DNA of 63,886 nucleotides, the filler included, from an uncultured bacterium (GTDB lineage: Bacteria > JAGOEH01), in NCBI GenBank assembly GCA_964632485.1. It is 4 parts of 4 records of this genome, joined end to end, with 100 filler letters (N's around TTAATTAATTAA, not from the genome) between each part and the next. Parts side by side here need not be neighbours in the genome. Positions count along the whole stretch, not along the records: positions 1 to 20,248 come from CAZWDO010000005.1; 3 more parts are not named here. One strand, written 5' to 3'. The notes under the pieces were generated by a model, which was given only the letters and a program-made list of their open reading frames with translations, was not told where the DNA came from and ran no database searches. How positions within the stretch are numbered: position 1 is the first letter of the stretch; each line of letters opens with the position of its first letter. A program made the position numbers and the translations under genes. Shown here piece after piece: positions 1-10,859 of the stretch.

Positions 1-121
1 GGAAATATACTGGCCACCCTTTAAAAGTTAAATAATTTTTATGACAGAGCACTAGATCCATCGTATGAGCTCCTTCCCAAATAAATTATCCGAATAGTTA
101 TATCCGCTAATCCATTCTGTT

Positions 122-1513
122 TCAGAAGGAAAACCGGCCATTGCGAAACAGGAAAATGCAAACATCGACCACCTGAGGATCATAGAGAGTACTTCGAAAA
201 TTGAAGATTTCCTCCAAAGCATGTTCCAAGCCTAGCGCCGGTCGGTAAGGGCGATGGCTGGACATGGCTTCCATGACATCGGCGACAGCGAGAATACGTG
301 CTCCCAACAGGATGGAATCACCGCTCAAGCCTCGCAAGTAGCCACTGCCATTCATGCGTTCATGGTGCTGACGAACTAACTCCGCCACCGGCCCTGAAAA
401 GGGGATGGAGCGCAATATTTCGAAACCCACATCCGGATGCTCCCGAATCAATTCCATTTCCGCCGGACGCAGCCGCCCTGGTTTTGAGAGGATATCCGAA
501 GGAATATAGATTTTGCCGATATCATGCAAAAGACCGGCGAAACAGATCGTCTCGATATCCTGCTCCGAAAGACTCAATTCGCGATCCACAGCCTCGCTCA
601 AATAAGCTACGCGTTGTTGATGGCCGGAGGTGTAGGGATCGCGCATTTCCAGGGTGCGGATCAGCGAATACACGGTTTCCTTAAGCGTCAAGCGCAACTG
701 CTCATAACTGACACGCAAGCGTTCTTCGTCCCTGAGCTTTTCGCTTACATCCCGCAAAACGATCACTGTTCCCAAAATTTGCTTATGATCATCCACTATA
801 GGCGCCAATTCGCCATTCACTGCCAGCGTCTGATCTGAGTTCAGCCTTTTCAAGGAACTGACCGGCACCAAAACCGTTTGTCCCTTCCTCGTTTCCACCG
901 CCAGTTGCAGCAATGACACAGGTTGGCTCCAATCGCAACAATCCAGCACGATATCCGACGACAAATAGCCATTCGGCTCCTCATCCTCAGGCAATCCAAT
1001 CAGATGCCGGGCCGCCGGATTGATAAAACGAATCCGGTTTACCAAATCGATCGAAATGACCGCATCTGAAATACTATTAAAGGTTGTGGAAAACCAGCGC
1101 TCATTTTCCACAATTTTCCTTTCCAGTTGATAGCGATTCAAAGCTACCTGTATGCAGGTGTGAATATCGCTGCCCTTGAATGGTTTCATCAGATAGCCGT
1201 AAGGATTGACTGTCTTGGCGCGATCCAGCGCCTCCTTGTCGGAGAAAGCGGTTATAAAAATAACCAGCGCTTCTCTTATCGAAAGCAGATATTGAGCAGT
1301 TTCAATCCCGTCCAGCTTCCCTCTGAGCCGAATATCCATTAATACGAGACCAAATTCTTTCTCCCTGTACGCCTCAATCGCTTTTTCGCCCGAGCCGACA
1401 ACCTCGATTCCGGAATACCCATATTGATTGAGCATCTCTTTGATTGTCAAGGCAATGATGCTCTCATCCTCGACAACCAGAATTGAAACTTTTTCCAAGT
1501 CCAAAACTGCCAC
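122..1513 (-). CDS. Response regulator with REC-PAS-HD-GYP domains (c-di-GMP phosphodiesterase family)
   Basis: N-terminal ILVVEDE...LVLMDI receiver; PAS (DAVISID...FINPAA); RDPYTSGHQQRV, LHDIGK, HHERMNGSGY motifs. Confidence 0.92.
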   Translation of the reverse strand: MAVLDLEKVSILVVEDESIIALTIKEMLNQYGYSGIEVVGSGEKAIEAYREKEFGLVLMDIRLRGKLDGIETAQYLLSIREALVIFITAFSDKEALDRAKTVNPYGYLMKPFKGSDIHTCIQVALNRYQLERKIVENERWFSTTFNSISDAVISIDLVNRIRFINPAARHLIGLPEDEEPNGYLSSDIVLDCCDWSQPVSLLQLAVETRKGQTVLVPVSSLKRLNSDQTLAVNGELAPIVDDHKQILGTVIVLRDVSEKLRDEERLRVSYEQLRLTLKETVYSLIRTLEMRDPYTSGHQQRVAYLSEAVDRELSLSEQDIETICFAGLLHDIGKIYIPSDILSKPGRLRPAEMELIREHPDVGFEILRSIPFSGPVAELVRQHHERMNGSGYLRGLSGDSILLGARILAVADVMEAMSSHRPYRPALGLEHALEEIFNFRSTLYDPQVVDVCIFLFRNGRFSF

Positions 1514-1635
1514 CTTTTTTTCTACGATTGCGATTCACTTGCGGGGAACATGCATTCCGCCATTCTATTCACTGCCATGCTTATATTTTTTATGATCGAT
1601 AAACGCCGGTTGAATCCCATCCCCGGGAAAAAGCA

Positions 1636-1658
1636 AATGCCGGAACCAAGCCGGCATT
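1636..1658 (-). terminator. Probable intrinsic terminator downstream of the sensor kinase
   Basis: AATGCCGG/CCGGCATT 8-bp stem followed on the minus strand by TGCTTTTT. Confidence 0.5.
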
Positions 1659-1690
1659 ATCGAAACCACAACAAACACACCTCATTATGT

Positions 1691-3652
1691 TTAATCGGCC
1701 AAATCCACCGTAATCCATAAGCAAGCGCCACCTTCATTTGTGATTTCCAAATGCCCGGCCAATTGTTCGACCAGCCTTTTAATCAGATTGATCCCCAGGG
1801 ATTGCATATTCTCAAACTGCATCTCTATAGGAAAGCCGATTCCATTGTCGCGGATCGATAATTCCAACCGCTTTCCAACCTTATGGCAAGAAATGCGAAT
1901 CCAACCCCGGCGATTGACTGGAAAGGCATGTTTGAAGGCATTTGTAATGATTTCATTGACAATCAATCCCAGCGGAATCGATTGCTGGATATCAACAAAT
2001 ACGCTTGATAAATCATACTGTACTTCGACAGAATCATCTCTGCAATAGATCAACACCAATTCATCGGTCAGTTGACGTAAATACTCGCTGAAATTAATTT
2101 GTGAAAAATCCTGAGATTGATATACCTTTTCATGGATCAGTGCCATCGAATTAATACGGCACTGAGTGGAGAACAATCGGGATTGAAGATCAAGATCAGG
2201 GCAATCCAATGATTGCAGATAAATCAACCCGGATATGATCTGTAGATTATTTTTAACGCGATGATGAATTTCCTTAAGCAACAGTTCCTTTTCATGAAGC
2301 GAATCCTGGATAATCTTGTAATTCTCTTCTTCTCCCCATATATATCCGATCAAAGTCGACCCGATATGTAAGATGATCCATGCCGATTTTGTCCATGAAC
2401 GAAAGCGGGATACTCGATCGAATCCGATGAATCCTCGCATTCGGCCGTTGCTATGGATGGGATACGCCAGCAAGGATACGATTCCCAGTTGTTTCAGCAC
2501 TTCTTTTTCTGCGGCCGCTTCAGCCCCCAATTGATCAACATCTTTGATAAATAATGGTTTCCCCTGAGCTAAGCGGTCGTTCCACCAGGGGAAATCAGAA
2601 ACCGGAAGCGACTGCAAGCGATCCATTTGCGGCATTACTCCGGGTTTTACCCATTCATGGGTATTACTCATCGTCGTATGGGTATTGTTATAACTGAAAA
2701 GATAAGCGCGATCGGAACGGGCAAGGCAGCCAATCTTGTTCAAAATATAGCTAATTTTCTGATCAATCTCGCGAGCTGCAATTGTCTTGCGAAAAATATC
2801 CGCGACACAATGCTGAAATCTTGCCTTACGGCGCATTTTCAATTCCAGACTCTTGCGCTCGGTGATATCCATTATATTGCCAACCACGGCGGTAATCTTG
2901 CCGTACGGATTCCGTTCCGGCTTAGCCGATGTGCGAATCCATTTCCGATGGCCCTGATTTGTTGTAAAAGGGAACTCCAAATCATATTCAAGGCCCTCGC
3001 AAACGCATTTATTGAACGCATCCAAAATTTTTAGCCGATCGGCGGGGCGATAACAGTTTACACTGCTGGCGATATGCTCAATGGAACCATTGGGAATCAT
3101 GGCCGGTTCCAAACCATGCAGTCGGTAAGTCTCTTCAGTCCAGTACATGCGTTGAGTGGAAATATCCCATTTCCAACCGCCGATTCCGACAATTTTCTGA
3201 GACATAGTCAAAATACTCTGCGCTTGGCGAAGTCTTTTCTCAATATTCACTCGCAAGGAGATATCAATGATATTTTCAATCACGCCAATCAAATGACCCA
3301 ACTCAGTGAAAATCGGCATGGCCATAACCAACCAATCTCCCTGACTTTCAGGCCAGTGCACTTGATTCTCCGACGTCATTTCAGCGGTTGCGGGCTTTCC
3401 TGTGCGAAGCGCTGTTAAAACCGGACAATCGATACATGGTTCCTCCAAATTCCAAACCCGATAGCATTTACGATCATTCCGAGTGTTCAGCGAATTTCCA
3501 GTCGCGGCCTGATATTTTTTGTTAGCCCATACAATATTCAACTCACAATCATGTATAGCAACCAAAACCGGCATGTCGTCCAATAACCTTAAAAGAAAAC
3601 CGGAATCTCTCATCCAGTGGGCAAAATCTATTTCAGACATTTTTTCAGCCAT
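1691..3652 (-). CDS. PAS/PAS/GAF sensor histidine kinase, HisKA_2 type (start uncertain; ORF extends to 3706)
   Basis: LLKEIHHRVKNNLQIISGL H-box; NEIITNAFKHAF and DNGIG HATPase boxes; GAF SNTHEW motif. Confidence 0.92.
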   Translation of the reverse strand: MAEKMSEIDFAHWMRDSGFLLRLLDDMPVLVAIHDCELNIVWANKKYQAATGNSLNTRNDRKCYRVWNLEEPCIDCPVLTALRTGKPATAEMTSENQVHWPESQGDWLVMAMPIFTELGHLIGVIENIIDISLRVNIEKRLRQAQSILTMSQKIVGIGGWKWDISTQRMYWTEETYRLHGLEPAMIPNGSIEHIASSVNCYRPADRLKILDAFNKCVCEGLEYDLEFPFTTNQGHRKWIRTSAKPERNPYGKITAVVGNIMDITERKSLELKMRRKARFQHCVADIFRKTIAAREIDQKISYILNKIGCLARSDRAYLFSYNNTHTTMSNTHEWVKPGVMPQMDRLQSLPVSDFPWWNDRLAQGKPLFIKDVDQLGAEAAAEKEVLKQLGIVSLLAYPIHSNGRMRGFIGFDRVSRFRSWTKSAWIILHIGSTLIGYIWGEEENYKIIQDSLHEKELLLKEIHHRVKNNLQIISGLIYLQSLDCPDLDLQSRLFSTQCRINSMALIHEKVYQSQDFSQINFSEYLRQLTDELVLIYCRDDSVEVQYDLSSVFVDIQQSIPLGLIVNEIITNAFKHAFPVNRRGWIRISCHKVGKRLELSIRDNGIGFPIEMQFENMQSLGINLIKRLVEQLAGHLEITNEGGACLWITVDLAD

Positions 3653-4084
3653 AGCATAAATCCATCCTTTCTTTAGCAATATAAACAAAGATATCAAGAT
3701 TATCAAGTCTGGGAAATTAATTGAAATATACTGCCCTTTTTAGATATGGCACAATCGCCGCTATCAAAAAAATGACTTATCCAAAAACGGCAGCATCTGA
3801 TTCATGTTCGGTTGAAATAATCTTTTCCAAATCTGTTGAATAGGACTTTTTTTATGACGATCAGTTCATCTCCCCGTGTGAGTAGCCTCTCCTTATCAAT
3901 ACCTGACGGATTAAGAAATATCCCTTTTTTACTTTTATCTTGATGTGTTAATTTGTTTTAATGATATATCCAATTGGAATTTGACGATCTTTAGCATCAT
4001 AGCAGGCTAATATTGCATCTGAAAAAAGAATATTAGATTCGCCATTTTTTACATCCAATTCAGTTTTGCAATTATTTTTTTTAC

Positions 4085-4113
4085 TTGACAAAATTCCAAT
4101 GATACGCTATACT
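4085..4113 (+). promoter_or_regulatory. sigma70-type promoter
   Basis: TTGACA-N17-TATACT upstream of GAGGGAGG RBS and ATG at 4171. Confidence 0.65.
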
Positions 4114-4170
4114 ATAAACATGTGAATTGATTCTTGATACCTTAATATTTCATCAATTGAGGGAGGGCGT

Positions 4171-4704
4171 ATGCCTCATGATTTTGATATGTTGAGAGGG
4201 TTTGATTCAGACTTAAACAACAAGGTTCTTAAAGCCGCTCAAAAAAAGAAGCAGCGAATCGAGGAACAGATCACTGCCCTGAATGCCAAAAAAGATCATA
4301 TCAAGAAAAAAATTCAGCAAATTAATATTTATCGCGCGACCCTTCATTCTAAACTAGCTCTTGCCAACGCAAATCAGCAATTCATCACAGCTCTTCTGAC
4401 AGGCGCTTCGGCCACAGTTCAGTCATTTTCTAACTTACCAGTGAAAGCCGGGGGAGGTAATAATTTAGCAATTACGGTTTTGATGCAACACCTGGTATCT
4501 ATTTTTAAGAAGCAAAATGAAATGTTTGGAGATATTTATGAGATATTTCTGTCTGGTGAAAAGGAAAAAATCACCAGGTATGAAGAAAGACTCGATGAAA
4601 TAAATGGTCAAATTAGCGCTTTTAATGCTGAAATTGAAGAATTGAACCGGGAAATTCAGTGGCGCACACAAGCTAAGAATTATGTTGAAAGAAATTTTAC
4701 CTGA
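4171..4704 (+). CDS. Hypothetical coiled-coil protein
   Basis: 177-aa ORF with good promoter and RBS; heptad-rich K/E/Q/I/L helices at both ends. Confidence 0.7.
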   Translation: MPHDFDMLRGFDSDLNNKVLKAAQKKKQRIEEQITALNAKKDHIKKKIQQINIYRATLHSKLALANANQQFITALLTGASATVQSFSNLPVKAGGGNNLAITVLMQHLVSIFKKQNEMFGDIYEIFLSGEKEKITRYEERLDEINGQISAFNAEIEELNREIQWRTQAKNYVERNFT

Positions 4705-5043
4705 ATCGTTCTTGGCAGTGGCAGCTATTCTCCGATACGCAGGCAAGAGACTCGATAGGTAATAGCATAACTGAATAAGCAGAGAAGTAATTCGTTTTGA
4801 TCCGGCCATCATGGAGCCAAAGACATCGAAAGAACTCCCAGAGAAACCAGCTTTTCAGATTGAAAGAGCTGTTGCTGCGTATTGTTCAGTCTTTCCAATA
4901 CACCCTTGAACGTTTCCTTGATCATCAATAAAAATTTTTTATCGGACAATGCGTTGCTTTCCGCCAAACTTTAAAACCGTTGCCGCTATACTGCTTTTCT
5001 GTTTGATTTAGCGTCCGCTTTCGCTGTTTTCAGGGTTATCCAT

Positions 5044-6177
5044 TTATCTGGAAGAAAGCAAGGCCACAATACTGGCAAAGGATTCTTCCAGCCATCGCGG
5101 AGCTTGTTTCAAGGCATCTTCAAGCGATAGAGGATGCTGGCAGATCGAAAATACCGATTTGACAGACGGCAGATGCCGTAATGTTTCTTCACTGGCAAAA
5201 TTGGCTCCACAGATAACGATAACGGGTTTACCATGCCTGGCTGCCCGATCGGCCACTCCTTTTATGGCTTTTCCGAACAATACCTGATCATCGAATCGTC
5301 CTTCTCCGACAACAACCCAATCACAAGATTTCAGCCGCGCATCGAAATCGATGATATCCAAAAACATCTCGATGCCGCTTTTCAATTCGCTCCGACAAAA
5401 GGCGATCAAACCATAACCCAGGCCGCCAGCGGCGCCCGTTCCCGGCGTGTCCGCTTCATCCACCGACAACTGATCTTTGACCGTTTGAGCGAATAGCGCC
5501 AAATTCCGATCCAATAGCGCCACATCATCCGCCGCGGCTCCTTTTTGAGGCGCATAGACCCTGGCGGCGCCAAAGTTACCGTAAAGCGGATTAGTAACAT
5601 CACACGCGACCACGAATTTGACGCAGTCGAGCCTGGGATCGACATGGGTGGTATCGATTGCGGCCACTTGGCCGAGAGTGGCCCCAGTTGGAACAAATGT
5701 CTCTCCATCGGCATTCAGAAAGCGATATCCCAAAGCGCAGGCCATACCCGCTCCCGCATCAGTGGTGGCGCTGCCGCCGATCCCCAGTATGATGCGTTCA
5801 ACTCCCCGATCCAGCGCCGCACTGATCAGTTCTCCGAATCCCAGGGTCGTTGCTGATTTTGTATCCCGTTCTGCCTCGGTCGTCAATTCGAGGCCGGAAG
5901 AACGCGCCATCTCGATAATGGCCATTTTTTTTTGCTCAACAAGGCCGAATTCCGCCAATACCGGCTGGAAATAGGGACCCCTTACCCTGCATTGAACAAT
6001 CCTCCCCCCTAAATTGTGAATCAAGGTCTCAAGGAATCCCTCTCCCCCATCGGATAATGGGCAGTAATCGGCTTCGATTTCGCGAAACCGCTTTTGTATG
6101 ACGTTTTCGCAAATAGCGCAAAATTGAAGAGCGCTCAGGCTGTGCTTGAAGGAATCGGGAGCGATCAGTAATTTCAT
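5044..6177 (-). CDS. glxK: Glycerate kinase (GlxK/GarK family)
   Basis: MKLLIAPDSFKHSL, PLSDGGEG, GIGGSATTDAGAG, GAAGGLG, GEGRFD motifs; start reassigned to ATG 6177. Confidence 0.93.
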   Translation of the reverse strand: MKLLIAPDSFKHSLSALQFCAICENVIQKRFREIEADYCPLSDGGEGFLETLIHNLGGRIVQCRVRGPYFQPVLAEFGLVEQKKMAIIEMARSSGLELTTEAERDTKSATTLGFGELISAALDRGVERIILGIGGSATTDAGAGMACALGYRFLNADGETFVPTGATLGQVAAIDTTHVDPRLDCVKFVVACDVTNPLYGNFGAARVYAPQKGAAADDVALLDRNLALFAQTVKDQLSVDEADTPGTGAAGGLGYGLIAFCRSELKSGIEMFLDIIDFDARLKSCDWVVVGEGRFDDQVLFGKAIKGVADRAARHGKPVIVICGANFASEETLRHLPSVKSVFSICQHPLSLEDALKQAPRWLEESFASIVALLSSR

Positions 6178-6201
6178 CAATACACCTCGATAAAGGTTGA
6201 A

Positions 6202-7560
6202 CAGGAGTTTCGTTTTTATCTGCAAAAATAGCGAGTTAATAGATTGCCTGGCAATCTGTTGACGTCGAAACTCTTTGCCAGTGTAATCAACTGCTGTTAA
6301 ATAATTCAATATTTAGACATTTCAGCATCCGTTTTTGAATATCTTTCTGTTCCGTTAATTTCGTTACCACACGATCCAGATCATAGACAATCGTCACCTC
6401 TTTGATATCTTCCAATAACTCAACCATCGTCGACAAACTCATCTCTTCACCGATTCGAGTCAGTTTCATCTTAACTATCTTGATCAACAGATACGACAGA
6501 ACATTCACAAATGTCTGGATGCGAATCTTCGAATCGGTCCAGTGATAAATCGGTCGGAATTCGACAATATCTCCGCCTTTGAAATTGCGGAAACATTCTT
6601 CTACTTTATAGCGGTTATGATAATGAGAAATGATTTCTTCCGCGCTCAATTCTTTGTTGTAGGTAAACAAAATCCGTTTGCCGAATTCCGTTTCTTTCGA
6701 TATGGCCAGCGCGGTTTTCTTCCAACGAATACTGATTTTATCCCGGGTTCGCTCCACCCGAAAATCCAAATAATCCGAAGCGGAACGGTTCTTGATCTTC
6801 CGTTTCTTCAGCAATCGTTCTACAACTGACTCGATGGCGCCCCGGTCGGCATCCGCATGGCTTCTCTCCAGCGTTTCTCGAATATAGGCCTGGGTTTGTT
6901 CGATTTGACGATCCAGACCGCCGACGGCTTGAGCGCGCTCTTTTTCCGGTATCAGCAGATCGTAGGCCCGCCAGAATGCATCGCTGTCAATCGCGTTGGG
7001 ATCAATATGCATGAATTCCGCCAGTTTGGTCTTGCGCAACCATTCGCCGATGCTCGCCTTGCTGTGGTGGTTGCCCACGCGATTGATGGCGGCAATCAAC
7101 AGATACTACCCCAACGATATCCCGCTTACCTTCTCCGGAACGATCGAATCGACGATGCCGATCAAACCCAATTCCTCGGCGATCCGGTATAAAGCCGCCA
7201 CTAAACCATATTCGACTTGCGATACGCGCAACGGTTCAGGCGCATTTTTAATTTTACGGAGAATTTCCTCGGCAGTTCCCAGGTAAATGCTTTGGGTAAT
7301 GACTCGGCTCTTCCCGCTGCCCTTACGTTTGCCCTGCGCCTCAGGATCGATCTTGCCCGAAAGGAATGATGATAGTAGAAATAGTTAGTGTTGCCTTTTT
7401 TCCGCTTGATAATTGAGCCGCTCATTAATACAATATAATAAAAAACAAAATAAAAATCAAAAAGTTATTTATAAATATCTTACACGGACATAAATTCCAT
7501 TTTAACTCATTGATTCAAAAATACTTACACGCTAAAAATTCTTTTAAAACGAAACTCCTG
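6202..7560 (-). mobile_element. Degenerate IS1634-family insertion sequence with intact terminal inverted repeats
   Basis: 15-bp perfect IR CAGGAGTTTCGTTTT (6202-6216) / AAAACGAAACTCCTG (7546-7560) bracketing transposase fragments. Confidence 0.8.
6287..7425 (-). pseudogene. IS1634-like DDE transposase, frameshifted and internally deleted
   Basis: Split ORFs 7201-7425 and 6287-7099; C-terminal YHNRYKVEECFRNFK...RPIYHWTDSKIR signature; too short for a full transposase. Confidence 0.8.
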
Positions 7561-7830
7561 ATAAACTTTCAATTGTCGCCTCAACAACCCCCGGAGCCTT
7601 CGGCCATGCTGTCGCCGCATTGTTCAAATATAACATATCTTCTTTCTCTGCATCGCTATTTCCTGCCGATCTTTAATCTTTTAACTCCGCATTTTCCTCG
7701 TTCTATAATTACTTCCATAATAATATCATCAAAACGCATTGGCAAGTAAAAAAAATTGGAAAAAAAGCATAAATGTGAAAAATGACAGGATAACAGTCAT
7801 TTCTCACACGGATGCGGCATCCAATTTAAG

Positions 7831-9189
7831 TTACGCATTCAGTTGCTTCTTTTCCATTTCAATAGTCTCTTCAATTTGTGCTATAATTTCCTCAATACCG
7901 GAAATTGAAATAGAATTCATTTGCCTGGTCAATATATCCATTAATTGGACAATTTCCTGGATAGTTGCCGATACCTCTTCCGTATTAGCGGCATTGTTCT
8001 GAATTGCTTGATCGATCTGTTCCATACTGTATTTAATCTGTCCAAGTCCATCCGCCTGTTCATGAGTGGATTGAGAAATTTCTTCGATCATTTGTAATGA
8101 TTGTGTACTACTGGATTTTATTTCAGATAGATTTTTTGCAACACGTTGCACTAACGTATTCATGGAATCGATATTCTTAGTATTTAATTCGATGCGGTTT
8201 GTCGTTTCTTTAACGGCTGAAGCGCTTTTTTCAGCCAATTTTCGTACTTCATCGGCTACAACTGCAAAGCCTCGTCCGGATTCACCCGCTCGCGCGGCTT
8301 CAATAGCTGCATTCAGCGCCAGCAAATTGGTCTGATCGGCAATATCATCAATCATCTTGTTGATTTCACGGATTTCTTTAAAGGAGGAATTCACCTGATG
8401 AATCGCTTTCACTAATTGCTCGACTTGATTATCGCCCTGGCTGGCTAACTGGTTGGATTGCTTGGCTTGCTGTGTAACTTGTTGTGAATTGCCTGCGGAA
8501 GCCGATGTCTTATGGGTTAATTCGGTCACATTGAGATTGATTTCCTGTAAAGAAGCCGCTTGTTCAGTGGCTCCCGATGCTAAAACTTCAATTGACTTGG
8601 AGATTTCCTGAAAGCTCATTTTGGCTTGATTACTGGTTTCATTAATGCCCTTGATCGCCTTGGTTAAGTGAAACAACGTACTAATATCCTGAACCACTTC
8701 CACATGACCAATTGTTTCTCCTTTTGTATTCGCTAAATAATGAGTATCGACTCGAAAATTGCCCCCCATTTGTGAAAAGACAGTCATCGAATGATTATTT
8801 CGCAACCGGTGTACTCCACATTTCTCTGTTTTACAGATTGCAGCCCCCCAATTATGGCACGCTTTTCCCAGAATATCCTTTCGCTTTATCTTGAGCATTT
8901 CCTCTACTGGTTTATTGATGAAGGTCCAATTCATATTATTGTCCGTTACTGATAGCGGTAGAGGAACATGATCTAATAGTTGTTCATACCAGTGTTCCTT
9001 TTCACGGTAATATCGAGAAATGCGTAAATAAAAAAAATATGAAAAAGCCGGAACCATAATGCCGGCAATCAAGAACAGAGTTACAATCACACTTAAAGGC
9101 ACAGATTCTACTGAAAATAGCAATACTGCCAACAAAATAGCTACTATCAATCCTGTTCCGAATAGATTTGACCAGAAAAAACGCATCAT
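7831..9189 (-). CDS. Methyl-accepting chemotaxis protein with two TM helices and a PAS domain
   Basis: [37 protein letters not shown] hairpin; hydrophobic N-terminus; PAS with Cys cluster. Confidence 0.95.
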   Translation of the reverse strand: MMRFFWSNLFGTGLIVAILLAVLLFSVESVPLSVIVTLFLIAGIMVPAFSYFFYLRISRYYREKEHWYEQLLDHVPLPLSVTDNNMNWTFINKPVEEMLKIKRKDILGKACHNWGAAICKTEKCGVHRLRNNHSMTVFSQMGGNFRVDTHYLANTKGETIGHVEVVQDISTLFHLTKAIKGINETSNQAKMSFQEISKSIEVLASGATEQAASLQEINLNVTELTHKTSASAGNSQQVTQQAKQSNQLASQGDNQVEQLVKAIHQVNSSFKEIREINKMIDDIADQTNLLALNAAIEAARAGESGRGFAVVADEVRKLAEKSASAVKETTNRIELNTKNIDSMNTLVQRVAKNLSEIKSSSTQSLQMIEEISQSTHEQADGLGQIKYSMEQIDQAIQNNAANTEEVSATIQEIVQLMDILTRQMNSISISGIEEIIAQIEETIEMEKKQLNA

Positions 9190-9316
9190 TTACTCCTTTT
9201 AAAAATCATTTTCTATAACTACGCAATTCAACAAACAAAACAACATTTTTGGGCGAATATTAATCATAAAATTCTACAATTTTCCCATAGCTCTCCTTGT
9301 AAAAAATTAGAAAATA

Positions 9317-10609
9317 CTAAAATCTAAATTTAAAACCAGACAGGGACTCCTGATCGCGCTCGATAGCGACCTTCCCCTTGAACTGCCGAAACATACCATC
9401 AATCACCTGTAAACCAAAACCGCATGGATTCTCCAGCATAACCGATTCTGACAGGCCAATGATATCCTGTGAAAACCCTACCTCTATCAGCGGGTGATAC
9501 GTAAGTAAATTGACATTTTTTTTTGACATTTCCAACGATGGGGAATTAAACATCTTTAACACGGCAGGATTAGCCTCTAAAATTTCTCCCTGGGTGTTAA
9601 AATAAAGAAAACCGGTCAATGAATTTTCAAACATAGTGCGAACTTTATATTCAGATTCCTCGGCTCTGACTTTTGCGGCATGAAGATCGCGTTCATGTTG
9701 CTTCTGCTGAAGAATGGTATGCAAACCTTCCAATAACAATGTCAACTGGCGAATATCCGTCGAATGATAATCCGTTGATTTATTCGCTACTCCAATCAGG
9801 GCAATTACATGATTATCTTCGATCAGCGGCGCGCTCAAATAGTTCCTGATCGCCATCTGTCCGATAGGCAATCCTTTTTTGGAAGGGTACTCCCGCGTAT
9901 AGTCCTGGATAACCAACGGCTTACGAAGACGGATGACATCACCCCAAATCCCCGTTTGCGATATCCGATAATCAAAAGTAGGATTATCAACCTGACACTC
10001 TTTCATCGCGCATTGAGACCAGGCATAAATCCTGATTTGATCGCGCGCTTCATCGACAAATCCAATCAATCCAAGCTCACTGCATGTCAACTCCACTGAT
10101 CGGTCCAGTATAAACATATAGATTTCATGCTCGGGTAGATTCCGCTTCCCTGACAATTCAAGCAAGGTGTTCAAGCGAAGCTCATTTTGCTGGATTTCAG
10201 TTTCCATTAATTTTCGCTCAGTGATATCCTGAACATGGACCATATAGCCTTTGCATTCGTTTTCATTATTCGGAATTGGGTAAATCTTAATATCTGCTGA
10301 TAAAACAGTTCCATTCCTATGAAGGAATTTGACCTGCTCGTCCCAACCCAGGGCCTTTTGAGAATTTTTTAAGTCAAGGGAATACTGAAATTTTGGAAAA
10401 GAATCCGGGTGTAATAAATCACTAAACGGTTTATCAAACAATTTTTCATCTGTATAGCCAAACAGTTGGATAAATAGGCCGTTTGCATATTTCATATAAC
10501 CGTCATCGCAAATCAATGCGCTGGGTATATTTTGACTTTCCAGCAATGGTTTCAACCATTCGCATAATCCCGACCTTTTACAGTCTGGTAAACCTTCATT
10601 AGCGCTCAT
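9317..10609 (-). pseudogene. PAS-GAF-PAS sensor; probable internally deleted histidine kinase
   Basis: PAS and GAF present; second PAS breaks abruptly into GFGLQVIDGMFRQFKGKVAI, resembling the extreme HATPase tail; no H-box. Confidence 0.6.
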
Positions 10610-10859
10610 TTATATATCCTACTTTAAATAGATATTTCCATTACTCCCGAAGTAAACATTTAAATCTATTGTCAACTATCTACTCTATATCTATGATATA
10701 ATACAAATAATATACAATTTTTATAAAAAGTCAAGTAAAAAAAATAATATAAAAAAAATCTTGACTATTCCATCATGTTATATTAAATTTCATACAATTT
10801 GGTTCTTTTATAACCTGTAGAACCTTTTTTCCTATTTTACAAACCATAAAGGAGCGCCT

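Noticed and set aside
3748-3763. TGGCAC-N7-GC sigma54-like box on the plus strand
   Set aside because: Poor -12 element, and over 400 bp from the next plus-strand gene, which has its own sigma70 promoter
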